Assembly: GCA_964016885.1 (NCBI GenBank)
Contig: OZ024749.1
Coordinates: forward strand, 28,024,001-28,088,000
Reading direction: 5' to 3'
Origin: Eledone cirrhosa
Taxonomy: Eukaryota
DNA: 64,000 nt
Positions 1 through 12,139 of the stretch are shown here, piece by piece. A program made the position numbers and the translations under genes. How positions within the stretch are numbered: the stretch's first letter is position 1; each line of letters starts with the position of its first letter. The notes beneath the pieces are model-generated. The model saw nothing but the letters and a program-made list of their open reading frames with translations, was not told the DNA's origin and did not search any database.

Positions 1-333
1 TGGAATGACCGCCGAAGAAAAGAGAAAGTAAGTTTGTTCTTGAAATAGACCGGCAGAAAGTCGGAAATGAAAAAAAAAATGTGCTAACCATCTCCGTAAA
101 ACTAACGTATTTTACTGAAAATAATAACTGACAACTGTAAATATCTTTATAATAGCCACAAACAAACTTCATTTAGTGCCATACGACAGACAGATTGAAT
201 TTCCAATGAGTAAATAAGGAAGAATCGATGTCTGTCAGATAAAGAAATCCACGATTGATCGATCCCTGACTTCAGAACCAATCTCTGTTGGGGAATACAT
301 ACAAATATATATGTATTAGAAACAAGTACTCAC

Positions 334-432
334 CGAAATGATACTCTCACGAACAGCTTGAGATACGTTTGCTCGAACTTTTGCAGCACATCCAACCTTC
401 TGTAAACCTTGTCGAAATTTCCTTTCGGTCAT
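334..432 (-). CDS. DOCK9: First coding exon of a DOCK-D subfamily (DOCK9/10/11, Zizimin) Cdc42 GEF; gene continues beyond the left edge
   Basis: Minus strand ATG at 432 gives 33 codons, MTERKFRQGLQKVGCAAKVRANVSQAVRESIIS, ending at a phase-0 GTGAGT donor (333..328). The peptide matches the DOCK9/11/Zizimin N-terminus pattern (RKF..L.K.G.AA.LR..VS..VR.S) as I recall it. Paralog assignment is uncertain. Confidence 0.88.
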
Positions 433-612
433 TATGATAAAAACCAACTAAATAAACAAGTAGTACTCCATGTAAAGTGGTCGTAGGTCGGTTTAAGTCC
501 GTCTTACGCCATTTTGATAATTAAGAAACAAGGACAGACAACTCTAACTTACTCTCTTTCCCTCTCTTCCACCTCACTGGCGCAGCCACACCTCCTGCCT
601 GCTGATAAAATA
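433..612 (-). promoter_or_regulatory. 5' UTR/promoter of the DOCK-D gene with a YY1-type motif and two uORFs
   Basis: AAAATGGCG at 515..507 (YY1-like) overlaps uORF ATG-GCG-TAA (512..504). A second uORF, MEYYLFI*, lies at 471..448. The region is unique, relatively CpG-rich and ends at the (TA)n tract near 640. Confidence 0.6.
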
Positions 613-654
613 CATAGATAGATAAACACACACATATAGTTTTGTATATATGTA

Positions 655-687
<33 letters not shown>

Positions 688-790
688 GTGAGTGTGTATG
701 TATATATATGCGCGTGTATGTGTGTATGTGTATATACATACATATACATATATATATGTATATGTATGTATATACACATACAAACACACG

Positions 791-841
<51 letters not shown>

Positions 842-845
<4 letters not shown>

Positions 846-1128
846 TGTTATACTTTGGGAGGGTCATGTTGCCAATAAGAAACACACGCACCAGTTGCTT
901 TCACTTCAATTTATTATATATTTATAAATTTATAAATTTACAAATCTACAAACCTATAAATTATAAATTTCTGGTTGGTTGGTTGGTTCCAAGTGGAACC
1001 AACCAACCAACCAGAAATTTATAAGTTTGTAGATTTGTAAATTTATAAATATATAATAAATTGAAGTGAAAGCAACTGGTGCGTGTGTTTCTTATTGGCA
1101 ACATGACCCTCCCAAAGTATAACAATAT
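842..1128. mobile_element. Fold-back (palindromic) element, family F1, probably a Penelope-like terminal repeat
   Basis: Near-perfect inverted arms around the loop at 991-994. The arm motif TATGACCCTCCC(C)AAGTATAACAAT recurs at ~2745-2770 and ~46100-46129. Confidence 0.6.
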
Positions 1129-1228
1129 CGGTTTCAACACACGATTTCAGATAAAGAATCTTGCTAAACAAATTCAGAAACGAAATATATATATATACAT
1201 ATATATATATACATATATATATACACAA

Positions 1229-1259
<31 letters not shown>

Positions 1260-1275
1260 CACAAACACACACACA

Positions 1276-1301
1276 CGTTTCGAACGCTAGTCCTTCATCA
1301 G
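1276..1301 (-). ncRNA. Minimal hammerhead ribozyme core (truncated)
   Basis: Minus strand reads CTGATGA-A-GGAC-TAGC-GTTC-GAAAC. Stem III and the cleavage site are replaced by (TG)n. Confidence 0.6.
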
Positions 1302-1403
1302 AAGAAAGAATGAGAAATAAAATAGATTGAGGAGACGGGCAGGATAGAATTGGCAAAAATATCTTTAGATAAAAATAACATGTCCATTCATGTTGACATC
1401 TCT

Positions 1404-1438
<35 letters not shown>

Positions 1439-1445
<7 letters not shown>

Positions 1446-2421
1446 TATATTTTGAGAATAAACTCTCAGTCGTTTACAATAATTAAGCTCCAGGAAGGGG
1501 TTCTTCCGAGCAGTTAAATACATTTAAAGTATATGATAAACACGAAATGTGTTTACATTACAACAGACAAAGTAAGCCATTAATGAAATAAACTAATAAA
1601 AGTGAATACAATTTGTCTGTCTCGATACAAGTCAATAAAGACAAGGTTATATTGGCAACTGCCATGATTCCTGGACATATTTAAATTTCAAAATTCAAAC
1701 CTGTTCTGTAGACGAATTTGAACCTCGAAACCCAAATAAGTTTCACAATGGTGGAATGTGAATTGAAAAATAAAGAGAATCGAAATGGAATAGAAATAAA
1801 AGAGTGAAATATCCAAATCATCTGTGCATATCAACAGGAATCCAGTAAGATTAGTCTATCACACATCAAAAATTTTGCAGGACTGACTACACGTGCTTGG
1901 AGCTTAATTATTGTAAACGACAGAGTTTATTCTCAAAATATAATATAATGTATAGCTCCTTTATTGTAAGAGCTGATCCTTAATCCTGCATAAGCGGCTG
2001 TTATTTCTAGCACCGTGAATGTGGGATAGCTAGTTTTGGCCTGCCTACCCACGTGTAGTCAGTCCTGCAAAATTTTTGATGTGTGATAGACTAATCTTAC
2101 TGGATTCCTGTTGATATGCACAGATGATTTGGATATTTCACTCTTTTATTTCTATTCCATTTCGATTCTCTTTATTTTTCAATTCACATTCCACCATTGC
2201 GAAACTTATTTGGGTTTCGAGGTTCAAATTCGTCTACAGAATAGGTTTGAATTTTGAAATTTAAATATGTCCAGGAATCATGGCAGTTGCCAATATAACC
2301 TTGTCTTTATTGACTTGTATCGAGACAGACAAATTGTATTCACTTTTATTAGTTTATTTCATTAATGGCTTACTTTGTCTGTTGCAATGTAAACACATTT
2401 CGTGTTTATCATATACTTTAA

Positions 2422-2427
<6 letters not shown>
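1439..2427. mobile_element. Interleaved inverted duplication, family F2
   Basis: Arms 1518-1895 and 2050-2427 (~378 bp, few mismatches), plus arms 1439-1492 and 1898-1949. Both ends abut (TA)n. Confidence 0.75.
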
Positions 2428-2459
<32 letters not shown>

Positions 2460-2462
2460 AGA

Positions 2463-2503
<41 letters not shown>

Positions 2504-2531
2504 ATATATGTATATATGTGTGTGTGTGTAA

Positions 2532-2583
<52 letters not shown>

Positions 2584-2762
2584 TTGTGTCTATATTGTAT
2601 CTGTATTATTTTTGACCGTCGGTCAGTCAATGGCAACATTGAGGACCGAGTAAGTTAGATCGCAGATATAAAAGACAGCGTGAAGCGAAAACCAACCAAA
2701 CAGTGAGTGTGTTCTGTTATTAATTCTGGCAATATTACGCAAATATGACCCTCCCCAAGTAT

Positions 2763-2803
<41 letters not shown>

Positions 2804-3307
2804 CACACATACATACATATCTATCTATTTATATGGATGGATGTATATAGATATGTATGGATATATGTGTATATATATTTCTCTCCTTTCTATATTTTTC
2901 TCCTTTGGTTAAGTTTTTGTGCATTCTATATTTGTGTAATTTGTCTAAAGGCATAAGTTGTCTCTACCTCTTTTGATATGTCCCAATGTGCACTGGAATG
3001 AATGGTATTGACATAAATACAGTTAAGCAGAAACCATAGTAATGTCCAGAGGTTGACTGAGGAGATGGGAATATCTGTCTTTCTGTTGTTTTTTCCATTG
3101 TCTTTGTTCTGAGAATTTATATTCTAAAGACTTAGTCATGTGGGCTTTTTTTTAAACTATTGTATATATATATACTATATATATATATATACTATATATA
3201 TATATATATACTATATATATATATAACAAAGGAGGTGTGGTAAGGAACCAGATGGACCATAGCCGTTGAAACGACTTGAGCTCTGCCGTCGGGGTTAAAC
3301 TTTTTCC

Positions 3308-3339
<32 letters not shown>

Positions 3340-3392
3340 AAATACAAATTTAAATAAGTTTAAAAGCCCTTCAAGCAAACTACTACACTCTG

Positions 3393-3444
<52 letters not shown>

Positions 3445-3677
3445 TATATAATGCATATATAGAGAGTCTGTGATGCTGAGACCAAGGAGACTGCAAATCA
3501 TGGGAACACTCATCTCATGGGAAGATGCCGAGTGGGTATAGAGAGAGGTATACCTCTCTATATATAATGTATGTACACACACATATATATATATATAAAT
3601 CTATAATAATGAGTTCAAATCTCAGGCAGTCTTTTACAATGAAATAGCTCAAAGAAAGAGTATTTCTGAGCCGTGTA

Positions 3678-4278
3678 ATACAGGTTAATATAAATTAATA
3701 TATTTGATAAACACAAATACCGACATATTCATGTTTGTATTGTAAATGACCAAGTTAGCTAGGTTGAAATATACTAATAATAATATTACAGTTTGCCTAT
3801 CTTGACTTAAGATAATAAATCAACAAAAACAAATTGTATTGGCAATGGCCGTGGTGCTTGGACAAATTTAAATTTCAAAATCAAACCTCTTCCGTAGACA
3901 GGTTTAAACCTTAAAATCCAAATATGTTTCGAATAATGAAAAAGTGGAAGAAATACCGCATTTTGATCTCCTCAGCAAGCACTATAAAAATTGGTATGTT
4001 CCACTTCAAAATATTTAGAAAGACTGTTTAGCGCACAAGGTAATTTCACGCAGTTATCCAGTGTCTACGGAACAGGTTTGATTTTGAAATTTAAATTTGT
4101 CCAAGCACCACGGCCATTGCCAATACAATTTGTTTTTGTTGATTTATTATCTTAAGTCAAGATAGGCAAACTGTAATATTATTATTAGTATATTTCAATC
4201 TAGCTAACTTGGTCATTTACAATACAAACATGAATATGTCGGTATTTGTGTTTATCAAATATATTAATTTATATTAAC

Positions 4279-4284
<6 letters not shown>
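3678..4284. mobile_element. Inverted duplication, diverged relative of family F2
   Basis: Arms 3678-3900 and 4062-4284. Shares ATTTAAATTTCAAAAT(T)CAAACCT..GTAGAC with ~1680-1712. Confidence 0.75.
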
Positions 4285-4312
<28 letters not shown>

Positions 4313-4554
4313 TTGTTTAATGTCTATTTTCCATGCTAGCATATATATAATAAGCAGGTGGGAACAAAGTATCAATTTAGTATCTCATCCATATTTTATT
4401 CACACTTGACATGTGTTTCACAATTGATCAGCTTATGGTTCGACTGGTCAAGATCAGGTCTGACGCTGGAATCAATAGATCTTTAGACTTATTGATTTCC
4501 AAACGTATGGAATCATCCCTGCCTTCCCATTATATATAAAGTGGTGTTGATTCA

Positions 4555-4935
4555 TAATCAGATATTAGAATAAGTTCACAAATACAAGTGCCTGAAATGG
4601 GATTTCTTCTGAAGGGTCTTTGGAAAAACTTGATAGATTGCATAGCTCAAAGATCTGAGAGTCTCTCCAGGTAGAGCTGCTACTTCTCCAAATTGAGAGA
4701 TCACATCATCCATACTATGGGCATGTGGGTAGAATGTCTCAGGAAAGAATCACTGGACAGATTTTACAGGGAAAAACCAACCAGCATGAGACGCAGAGGT
4801 AGACCTCGAGCAAGATAATTGGAAAATATCCATGATCTTGGCTGGTCTCGCTTGGGCATCCAGGTGGATCAGTTGGAGATGGTTCCTTCTGACAGGACTC
4901 GCTGGTAAGAGTGTTTGAGGACTCAGCCACCATGA
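4555..4935 (+). mobile_element. Degenerate RTE-clade (Expander/Rex3-like) LINE ORF2 3' fragment
   Basis: Conceptual translation with stops/frameshifts: IQVPEMGFL..LQVELLLLQIERS..YYGHVGRM..RGRPRAR..LGWSRLGI..DRTRW. Confidence 0.75.
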
Positions 4936-5046
4936 CATATATATATATATATATATATATACAATTTAAAAAATGATAAATGCAGAAATACAAAAACAAT
5001 TAGCCTTATTAGTTTCACACTTTGGAGGAAATAAAGAAAAAAGTTC

Positions 5047-5074
5047 AACGTATCGGACGTTAGTCCTTCATCAA
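5047..5074 (-). ncRNA. Hammerhead ribozyme relic, same family as 1276-1301
   Basis: Minus strand reads TTGATGA-A-GGAC-TAAC-GTCC-GATACGTT: perfect stem II, two core substitutions. Confidence 0.5.
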
Positions 5075-5380
5075 GAGTACAAGAGTTCAGAGATTAGAAA
5101 ATAAAAAAACATGTGAATGTGTTTTGTTTATGTGATATATATATATATATATCATCATCATTATCATCATCATCATCATCGTTTAACGTCCATCTAGAGA
5201 GTTAGTTCCACAACAAATTAGCAGCCATACATGGGTTAGAAATCCGTTTGGTGAAATGTGCGTCCTCAAGTATGGTTTGGTAATTTGTTGTGGAACTAAC
5301 TCCTCTGGACTGAGTGCTCCACTTACTATGGATATAACCTCCCAGTTTTTTACCACAATATATATATACATATATATATA

Positions 5381-5424
<44 letters not shown>

Positions 5425-5442
5425 TATATATATATATATATA

Positions 5443-5500
<58 letters not shown>

Positions 5501-5516
5501 TATATATATATATATA

Positions 5517-5580
<64 letters not shown>

Positions 5581-5631
5581 TATATATATATGTATAAATA
5601 TATATATATATTATATACACACACATAGATA

Positions 5632-5990
5632 TCATCATCTTCATTTAACGACCATCTTCCACGCTAGCATGGGTTAGACGGGAGTTGTCCCACTTGAGGC
5701 AAGGTTGGTCAGGTGACCATGTCTCGCTCATATAGGACTATCTGGCAGGTTTTCTACGGCTGGATGCCCTTCCTCACACCAACCACATTTACAGTGTTGA
5801 ACTGGGAACTTTTTACTGTGTTACCTACACGGCCACATTACAGCGTGGACTGTGTGTTTTTTTGTCGTGACACCTACACGATCTCGATCTCGATCTCATT
5901 ATCTCATTTATTTGGACTGAATGTTGTGGTACCAACTTTACAGAGAGAGAGTGGTGCTGGTGGGAGTGGGAGGATAGAGTAGTCTTTTGG
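5632..5990 (-). mobile_element. RTE LINE family A 3' UTR fragment
   Basis: Homologous to the 3' UTR of the RTE at 41260-42528; carries the GGAAGGGCATCC motif and a (GAT)n tail. Confidence 0.8.
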
Positions 5991-6077
5991 TATGACCCCA
6001 TTCTGTATTACTTGGTTTACTATACGGGTGACCATAGTATGTCCCACCATTCCAGATGCCTTCAACATCTCAGCAAC

Positions 6078-6108
<31 letters not shown>

Positions 6109-6246
6109 AGGTATAGGATTATCCAAGATGTAGTAATGGTTAATTACTACACTGGATATGGTTGACGTACGGTAAGAGGTTACTCTACGAGTTATGGAAG
6201 AATTGTTGAAGAAACTTAGTTCCTGATCCTTCGGTATTCCGGAGTG

Positions 6247-6681
6247 TATATAAAGAATGAATAATAACAGGTAGACATCATAAAAAGGTAATTTATTCTG
6301 TGTGCTTACAAGTGTTTCCACGGTGGTACTGCAGCCTAGTTATGCTACGTGCAAATTCACAAGTACTTGCAGAACTCAAATATCCAATGCCGTGACCACT
6401 GTTTCCTCAGAGCAGAATGGTAAAATGTACAATGTAAATACCCTTAAGTGGGGTTGTTGGGGAAGATAGAGTAGAAAAGGAAGAGAGAAAATTAGGGAAG
6501 AGGGAGAGAGAAAGAAAGATATGCAGGGGTTGGAGAAGTAGGAGAGAGTGGCTTGTAGATATCTTAATCAAAATGTTATGGTAGGGGTTTTATTATACTG
6601 GTTACTTTTGGAGAGATGCGTTGATAGTTAAGCACACAGAATAAATTACCTTTTTATGATGTCTACTTGTTATTATTCATT

Positions 6682-6690
<9 letters not shown>
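6247..6690. mobile_element. Inverted-end element containing a type I hammerhead-like fold
   Basis: Arms 6247-6308 and 6629-6690; hammerhead-like core on the minus strand at 6418..6295. Confidence 0.65.
6295..6418 (-). ncRNA. Type I hammerhead-like ribozyme with expanded stem II
   Basis: ATTCTGCT-CTGAGGA-aacagtggt-CACGG..(~70 nt)..CCGTG-GAAAC-ACTT-GTA/AGCA-cac-AGAAT, followed by AATAAA. Stems I, II and III all pair, but there is a 9-nt insertion after A9. Confidence 0.55.
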
Positions 6691-6732
<42 letters not shown>

Positions 6733-7146
6733 TTGTAAGGGAGTGACTCTATAAGCTGAAGGATTGTTAGGTACAGGTCTATAAATATTAGGGGGTGTAG
6801 GGTATTGGTAAGTAAACTGAAGGATAGGTGGGTGAATTGATATGTTATAGAGGTTGTTGCTGGGTAAACTAAGTATTGGAAGAATCCTATGATGTCGCCA
6901 ATCACAGTACACTGTTTCCCTGACAAATACATTTAACCTTTGGTGACACAGCCTACTAGGCTGTAAACAGTTTCCATGGTGATAAAGAGTTTACTGTTCT
7001 ATGTAACAAAGACACTGTTTGATCCTTTCATAATAAATCACCTGAAACCACCCCTGGTCCCACTGACTCTACAAAACTTTTAAAATATTTGAATTTATTT
7101 TTTGAAAAAATAACATTTCATTATAATTTTAATATAAGAACCTTTC

Positions 7147-7364
7147 TTAACCGTTTAGTGTTCAAATCGGCCAAAATTCTCTAACTCTTTCTGTTGAAAC
7201 TGGCTGTAACTGGTCGCTCAAACTGATGTTAAGGTATTGTTCTCAAAATAAATACTTTTAAAATCTCATAGATTCGATATTATGTGAGATAATTATGTGA
7301 AGTAAAGCCTTTACTATGAAAATATAATAGTATATATAGAGTAATGTGAATGCTAAAGGGTTAA
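7147..7364. mobile_element. piggyBac-type MITE
   Basis: TTAA-CCGTTTAG...CTAAAGGG-TTAA termini. Confidence 0.6.
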
Positions 7365-7489
7365 GTTATGTTCCAAACAGCAGCTTAATAATGAAAAAGT
7401 TATCTATATTATTAAATCGCTCCAAATTTTTGATTATTTTCAAATTTATTTCAAACAGAAATATGGTAATAAAATTGTTGTCCAGCTTA

Positions 7490-7800
7490 TGATGGGGATG
7501 ATTATGTCAATGATGATTATGGTGTTGGGGGTGGAGACAGTAATGTTGAGGATGATGTTGATGACAATGATGATGGTGATGATGATGATGATGATGATGA
7601 TGATGGTGATGATGATGGAGATGTTGGTGATGATGGTGATGATTGTGATGATGATGGTGATGATTGTGATGATGATGGTGATGATTGTGATGATGGTGAT
7701 GATTGTGATGATGGTGATGATGATGATGATTGTGATGGCCCTTATTATAACACTGGTGTTGCTGCAGATGATGATGATGATGATGGTGATAATGTCAATA
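7490..7800. repeat. (GAT)n/(GGT)n simple repeat
   Basis: Direct reading; explains the Met/Val-rich ORF. Confidence 0.9.
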
Positions 7801-8455
7801 TTGATAGTGATAGGTGGGGTGAGGGGGGGGGGGGCGTTAGAAGTAGAAAGGTTATGTTCAGTTACCTTAACCTCCTTCTCCTCCTCCTCAACCTTCCTCA
7901 GTTGTACTTTTACTATTCCAAATAATGGTTTGCCTTTCCAAATACACCCTCACACATACACACACACACATATACACTTACAGACACAGATATACATACA
8001 CATACATACATATACATACACATACACACTCACATACATAAACACGCATATGCACACACACAGACACACTAACACATACATGCTTTCACTATCTTTATCC
8101 CTCCTCCCTTCACTATCTACCCTAGAAGTAACCTGATACCTTAGATTAAGGAGCTAAAATTATCACAACCCTTTCTCTTCAGGGGTCTGGGAGAGGAGGA
8201 AGGCTTCTTTTGTCAGCCCCTTCAAAAGTAAATTGAAAAAAATGGCAAATTGAAAAAAAAGACAATAAGTAAGACTTTGAGTAGGGGCCTATCTTTCTCC
8301 CTGGTTTGTTACCAAAATATTTAATGATAAAAATACACATCATTAAGAGCTAGATAAAATAAAGTACCAGTAATGCACTGGTGTTGATAAAACTTACTGG
8401 CCTTGTGCCTAAATTAAAAACCATTATATACATATATATATATATATTATATATA

Positions 8456-8573
8456 TATGAAAATTTCGGGACTTTGACGGCTGAGCTCCAGCTATTTCAA
8501 CAGCTAGATCCGAACTTAGATCTAGCTGTTGAAACGGCCGAAGCTCAGTCGTCGGGGTCCTGAATTTTTCATA
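8456..8573. mobile_element. Aged fold-back element, family F3
   Basis: ~55-bp imperfect arms around CGAACTTA, differing largely by transitions. Single-arm homologues lie at ~3255-3305 and ~36055-36100. Confidence 0.55.
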
Positions 8574-8645
8574 ATACCCACTCTACTACCCCATGTATCG
8601 AGTACTCTGGTGAGTAATGGTCTAACTGGTTTTTACTGCCTCCAT

Positions 8646-9668
8646 TCAGGGATCTGTTCTTGGCCCCCTTTTGTTTGTGGCATATATTAATGACATAGAT
8701 GCCAACTTAAAGAATGCTACGGTACTAAAGTATGCAGATGACATCAAGCTGTACCTTGAGATAAAAAGGACAGATCCTGAACACTTTAGATCTTGCTTGC
8801 AGTCTGACCTGGACACAATGCAGCAATGGATCACAGACTGGCAACTGAAGCTGGCTGTGGACAAGTGCACCACCATGCATTTTGGGAGTAAAAACCCAAT
8901 GTCCACATACTCCCTCCACAGCACTAATATCAAGAAGTCTTCTTGTGAACGTAACCTGGGCATTACGGTCAGCAGCGATTTGCGTTGGACGAGGCACGTC
9001 TCTAAAATTGTCAAGGGGGTTGAGGGTGTCTTAGCATCACTCAGCAAGACCTTTGTCAGCCGCTCTCCAGCTATCTATTTAAGGCTGTACATGGCTATGG
9101 TGTGACCACACTTAGAATTTGCATCACCAGTCTGGAACCCCTATCTTGTTCAGAACATTGACCGCCTGGAAACTGTTCAGAGATGTGCAACCAAGCAAAT
9201 ACCCTCCACCAGGCATCTACCATACTCTGAGCGCCTTGCTTCCCTGGGCATTGATACATTGAAGCTCCAACGCCTGACAACTGACTTGGTAAACACCCAC
9301 AAAATTCTTAACCATATTGCTTTTTGATTTCCATGTGTCTAACACACGTGGGCATGCCCACAAAGTCAGAAAACAGTACAGTTCCCATGACTTTCGGAAA
9401 CATTTTTTCACACTCAGAGTTGCTGAAGCATGGAACAAACTGCCGGCATCGGTTGTTAGCTGTTGGGACACTGCATCCTTTAAGGCCCCCATGCTTCCCG
9501 AGATTCGCCACCACTACACCTAATGTTCCCACTCCATACACATACGCACATGTATATCATAACTCATACACTATTCACTTCCCTGACATTTGTGTATTAT
9601 TCTATGTACTCTACATGCACCTTTGACGAGTTGTAGTGCACCTGAGCACTTTACACAATAATTTCATT

Positions 9669-9685
<17 letters not shown>
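8646..9685 (+). mobile_element. 5'-truncated CR1-group LINE (RT C-terminal half plus 3' UTR)
   Basis: QGSVLGPLLFVAYINDID..KYADDIKL RT motifs; TRGHAHK..FFTLRV..WNKLP; 3' hairpin GTAGTGC-ACCTGA-GCACT and (ATT)n tail; internal stops. Confidence 0.92.
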
Positions 9686-9700
<15 letters not shown>

Positions 9701-9707
9701 TATATAT

Positions 9708-10053
9708 CATCATTTCATCATCATTTCATTTTATGTCCACTTTTTCCCTGCTTGCAAGGGTGGGACGGGAACTGATTCTGGCTTGATTTCTACAGCTGGA
9801 TGTCCTTCCTAACACCAACCTCATTTACAGTGAGTGCTGGGTGCTTTTTTTCCGTGGCACCTCCACGACCACTTTGCAGTGGAATGATAGGGACCCCAGT
9901 CCCTATCATCTCATTTCTACAGCTGAGTAAACTGGAGCAATGTGAAATAAAGTGTCTTGCTCAAGGAAACAACACATCACTCGGTCTGAGAATTGAACTC
10001 ACAACCTTTCGATTGCAAGGCCAATGCTCTAACCACTAATCCATGTGCCTCCA
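9708..10053 (-). mobile_element. tRNA-CORE SINE with short RTE-derived tail
   Basis: Box A/B tRNA-like head; CORE-like TCCTTGAGCAAGACACTTTATTTCACATTGCTCCAGTTTACTCAGCTGTAGAAATG; GGAAGG(G/A)CATCC tail; (GAT)n. Confidence 0.85.
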
Positions 10054-10055
10054 TC

Positions 10056-10258
<203 letters not shown>

Positions 10259-10525
10259 AGTGTGAGGTGTTGAGACTGGGGAGACCACTAATCATAGGAG
10301 TACTCAATGCATGGGAAGCTGCAGAGTGGGTATAGATATATGCAAAATCTTAACCGTGGTACCAAGCCGAATCTGCTTCACACAACAGTTAGGAAATTGT
10401 ATATATATAAAAGTATCTATAAACCTGTAGAGCAAATATTTATTAATAGTACAGATAAAAGTTTAAGCAAAGAATTTCTGCATTCTCTCTTACACTTTAA
10501 TCTGTACTAATAATATATATATATA

Positions 10526-10712
10526 CAGTGAAATTCCGATATAACGAAATTCATGGGGTATAACAAGAAATTTATTATAATGAAAAATTATTTATAACGA
10601 GATTGACCTAATACATCGAGCATTTGTTTATTATTACCTCGGGGAGTGAAAAATATTTCGTTATACTGAAAAATTTGTTATAATGCTATTCATTATAATG
10701 GAATTTTACCTT
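10526..10712. mobile_element. Tc1/mariner-pogo (Tigger-like) MITE
   Basis: TA-CAGTGAAATTCCGATATAACGAA left TIR with a degraded right TIR. Confidence 0.6.
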
Positions 10713-10777
10713 TATATATATATTACACAGAAAAAGTAAAGGAAAGAAGAGTTTTCTATTTATAGTACAGAGCTATT

Positions 10778-10849
10778 TAATTACATAATAAACAACACAA
10801 TATAATTATTGTACGGAATAATTATATTGTGTTGTTTATTATGTAATTA
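10778..10849. repeat. Perfect 33-bp-arm hairpin
   Basis: 10778-10810 is the reverse complement of 10817-10849; loop GTACGG; abuts (TA)n. Confidence 0.85.
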
Positions 10850-10860
10850 TATATATATAT

Positions 10861-11560
10861 GGTAGTGAGACCTGGGCGCTGTCTGTAGAAGACTTGCGTA
10901 GATTAGAAAGAAACGAAGCCTGTATGCTCCGATGAATGTGTAATAGTAATATACGCGAACGGCAAAGTATAAACGAATTGAGAGAGAGACTGAGCATAAG
11001 AGGAATCAAATGCTGTGTGCAGGAGAGGAGGTTGTGTTGGTATTGACATGCGTTGCATATGAAGGATAAAAAGGTGCAGAGCACTAGAAGTCGATGGAAA
11101 CTGCGGAGTGGGGAGACCTAAGAAGACCTGGGTTGAGGTGATAAAAGCAGACCTTAGCCAATTACACCTCTCAAAGGCGATGACACACGACCGTGACCTC
11201 TGGCGTCTCGCAGTAATACAGAAGACCCCCCCCCCCCCACACGGGTACAAGCTGAAATATATAGACAATATGCCCCCACACCCTCCCACTGCAAAGTGGT
11301 CGTGGAGGTGCCAAGGCAAAAAAGCACCCAGCCCACACTGTAAAGTAGATGTGTCGGCGCCACGGAAAAAAAGCACCCAACACTCACTGTAAATGAGGTT
11401 GATGTTAGGAAGGGCATCCAGCTGTAGAAATCAAGCCAGAATCAGTTCCCGTATGAGCAAGGCATGGTCAGCCGACTGGCTACTGCCCACAATAGGACAA
11501 CCTGTCTAACCCATGCTAGCGTGGAAGAACGGACGTAAAACGGTGATGATGATGATGATG
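10861..11560 (+). mobile_element. RTE LINE family B 3' fragment
   Basis: GSETWALSVEDLRRLERNEACMLR..GRPKKTW..DRDLWR, then 3' UTR and (GAT)n. Confidence 0.9.
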
Positions 11561-12139
11561 ATATATATATATATACAAACTGGGTATTTTTGCAGGTTCC
11601 ATCTGCTAGATTCCACTCACCTCACAAGACATTGGTCAACCCAAGGTTACAGTAGAAGATGCTTATCCAAGGTGCTACAGAGTGGGACTTGAACCCAGAG
11701 ATATGTGGTTGCAAAATGAATACCTTAAATATTCAGGCAGGGTGCTGGCTACACCTGTCTATCTCACTTGTGTCACAATAATTTAGGCACTCATATGTTC
11801 TAATTTAGCCAACCACCACAACACCTTACCATCATTAATTGCTACCCCAACACATCCCACAGCACCCCCAGACACACTTTCACACGCACAACAAATTAAC
11901 TTTGGTTTAATTAGAATATGTAAAAGCACTATTGACAGTAAATGATGTCAACAGCCGTAATAAAGGGAAGGAGTGACTTCACAAGGAACAAACAATATAA
12001 AAATTAAATAAAAGTGGTTATTAATTTATTATGGAAGACGGATTGGTGGAGTTATTAGAACATGAAATAAAATGTTTTATGGTATTTGTTCCAGCTCTGT
12101 GAGCTCTGTGATTTTACATCCTGCTGTGGTGTGTTTTGC

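Noticed and set aside
1-33. Plus-strand ATGACCGCCGAAGAAAAGAGAAA followed by GTAAGT
   Set aside because: It looks like an exon end but is cut by the window edge, lies antisense within DOCK-D intron 1, and is too short to support.
3005-3070. Hammerhead-like GACAT..GAAACCATAGTA/ATGTC
   Set aside because: Stem I and III shapes are present, but CUGANGA is missing at the required position.
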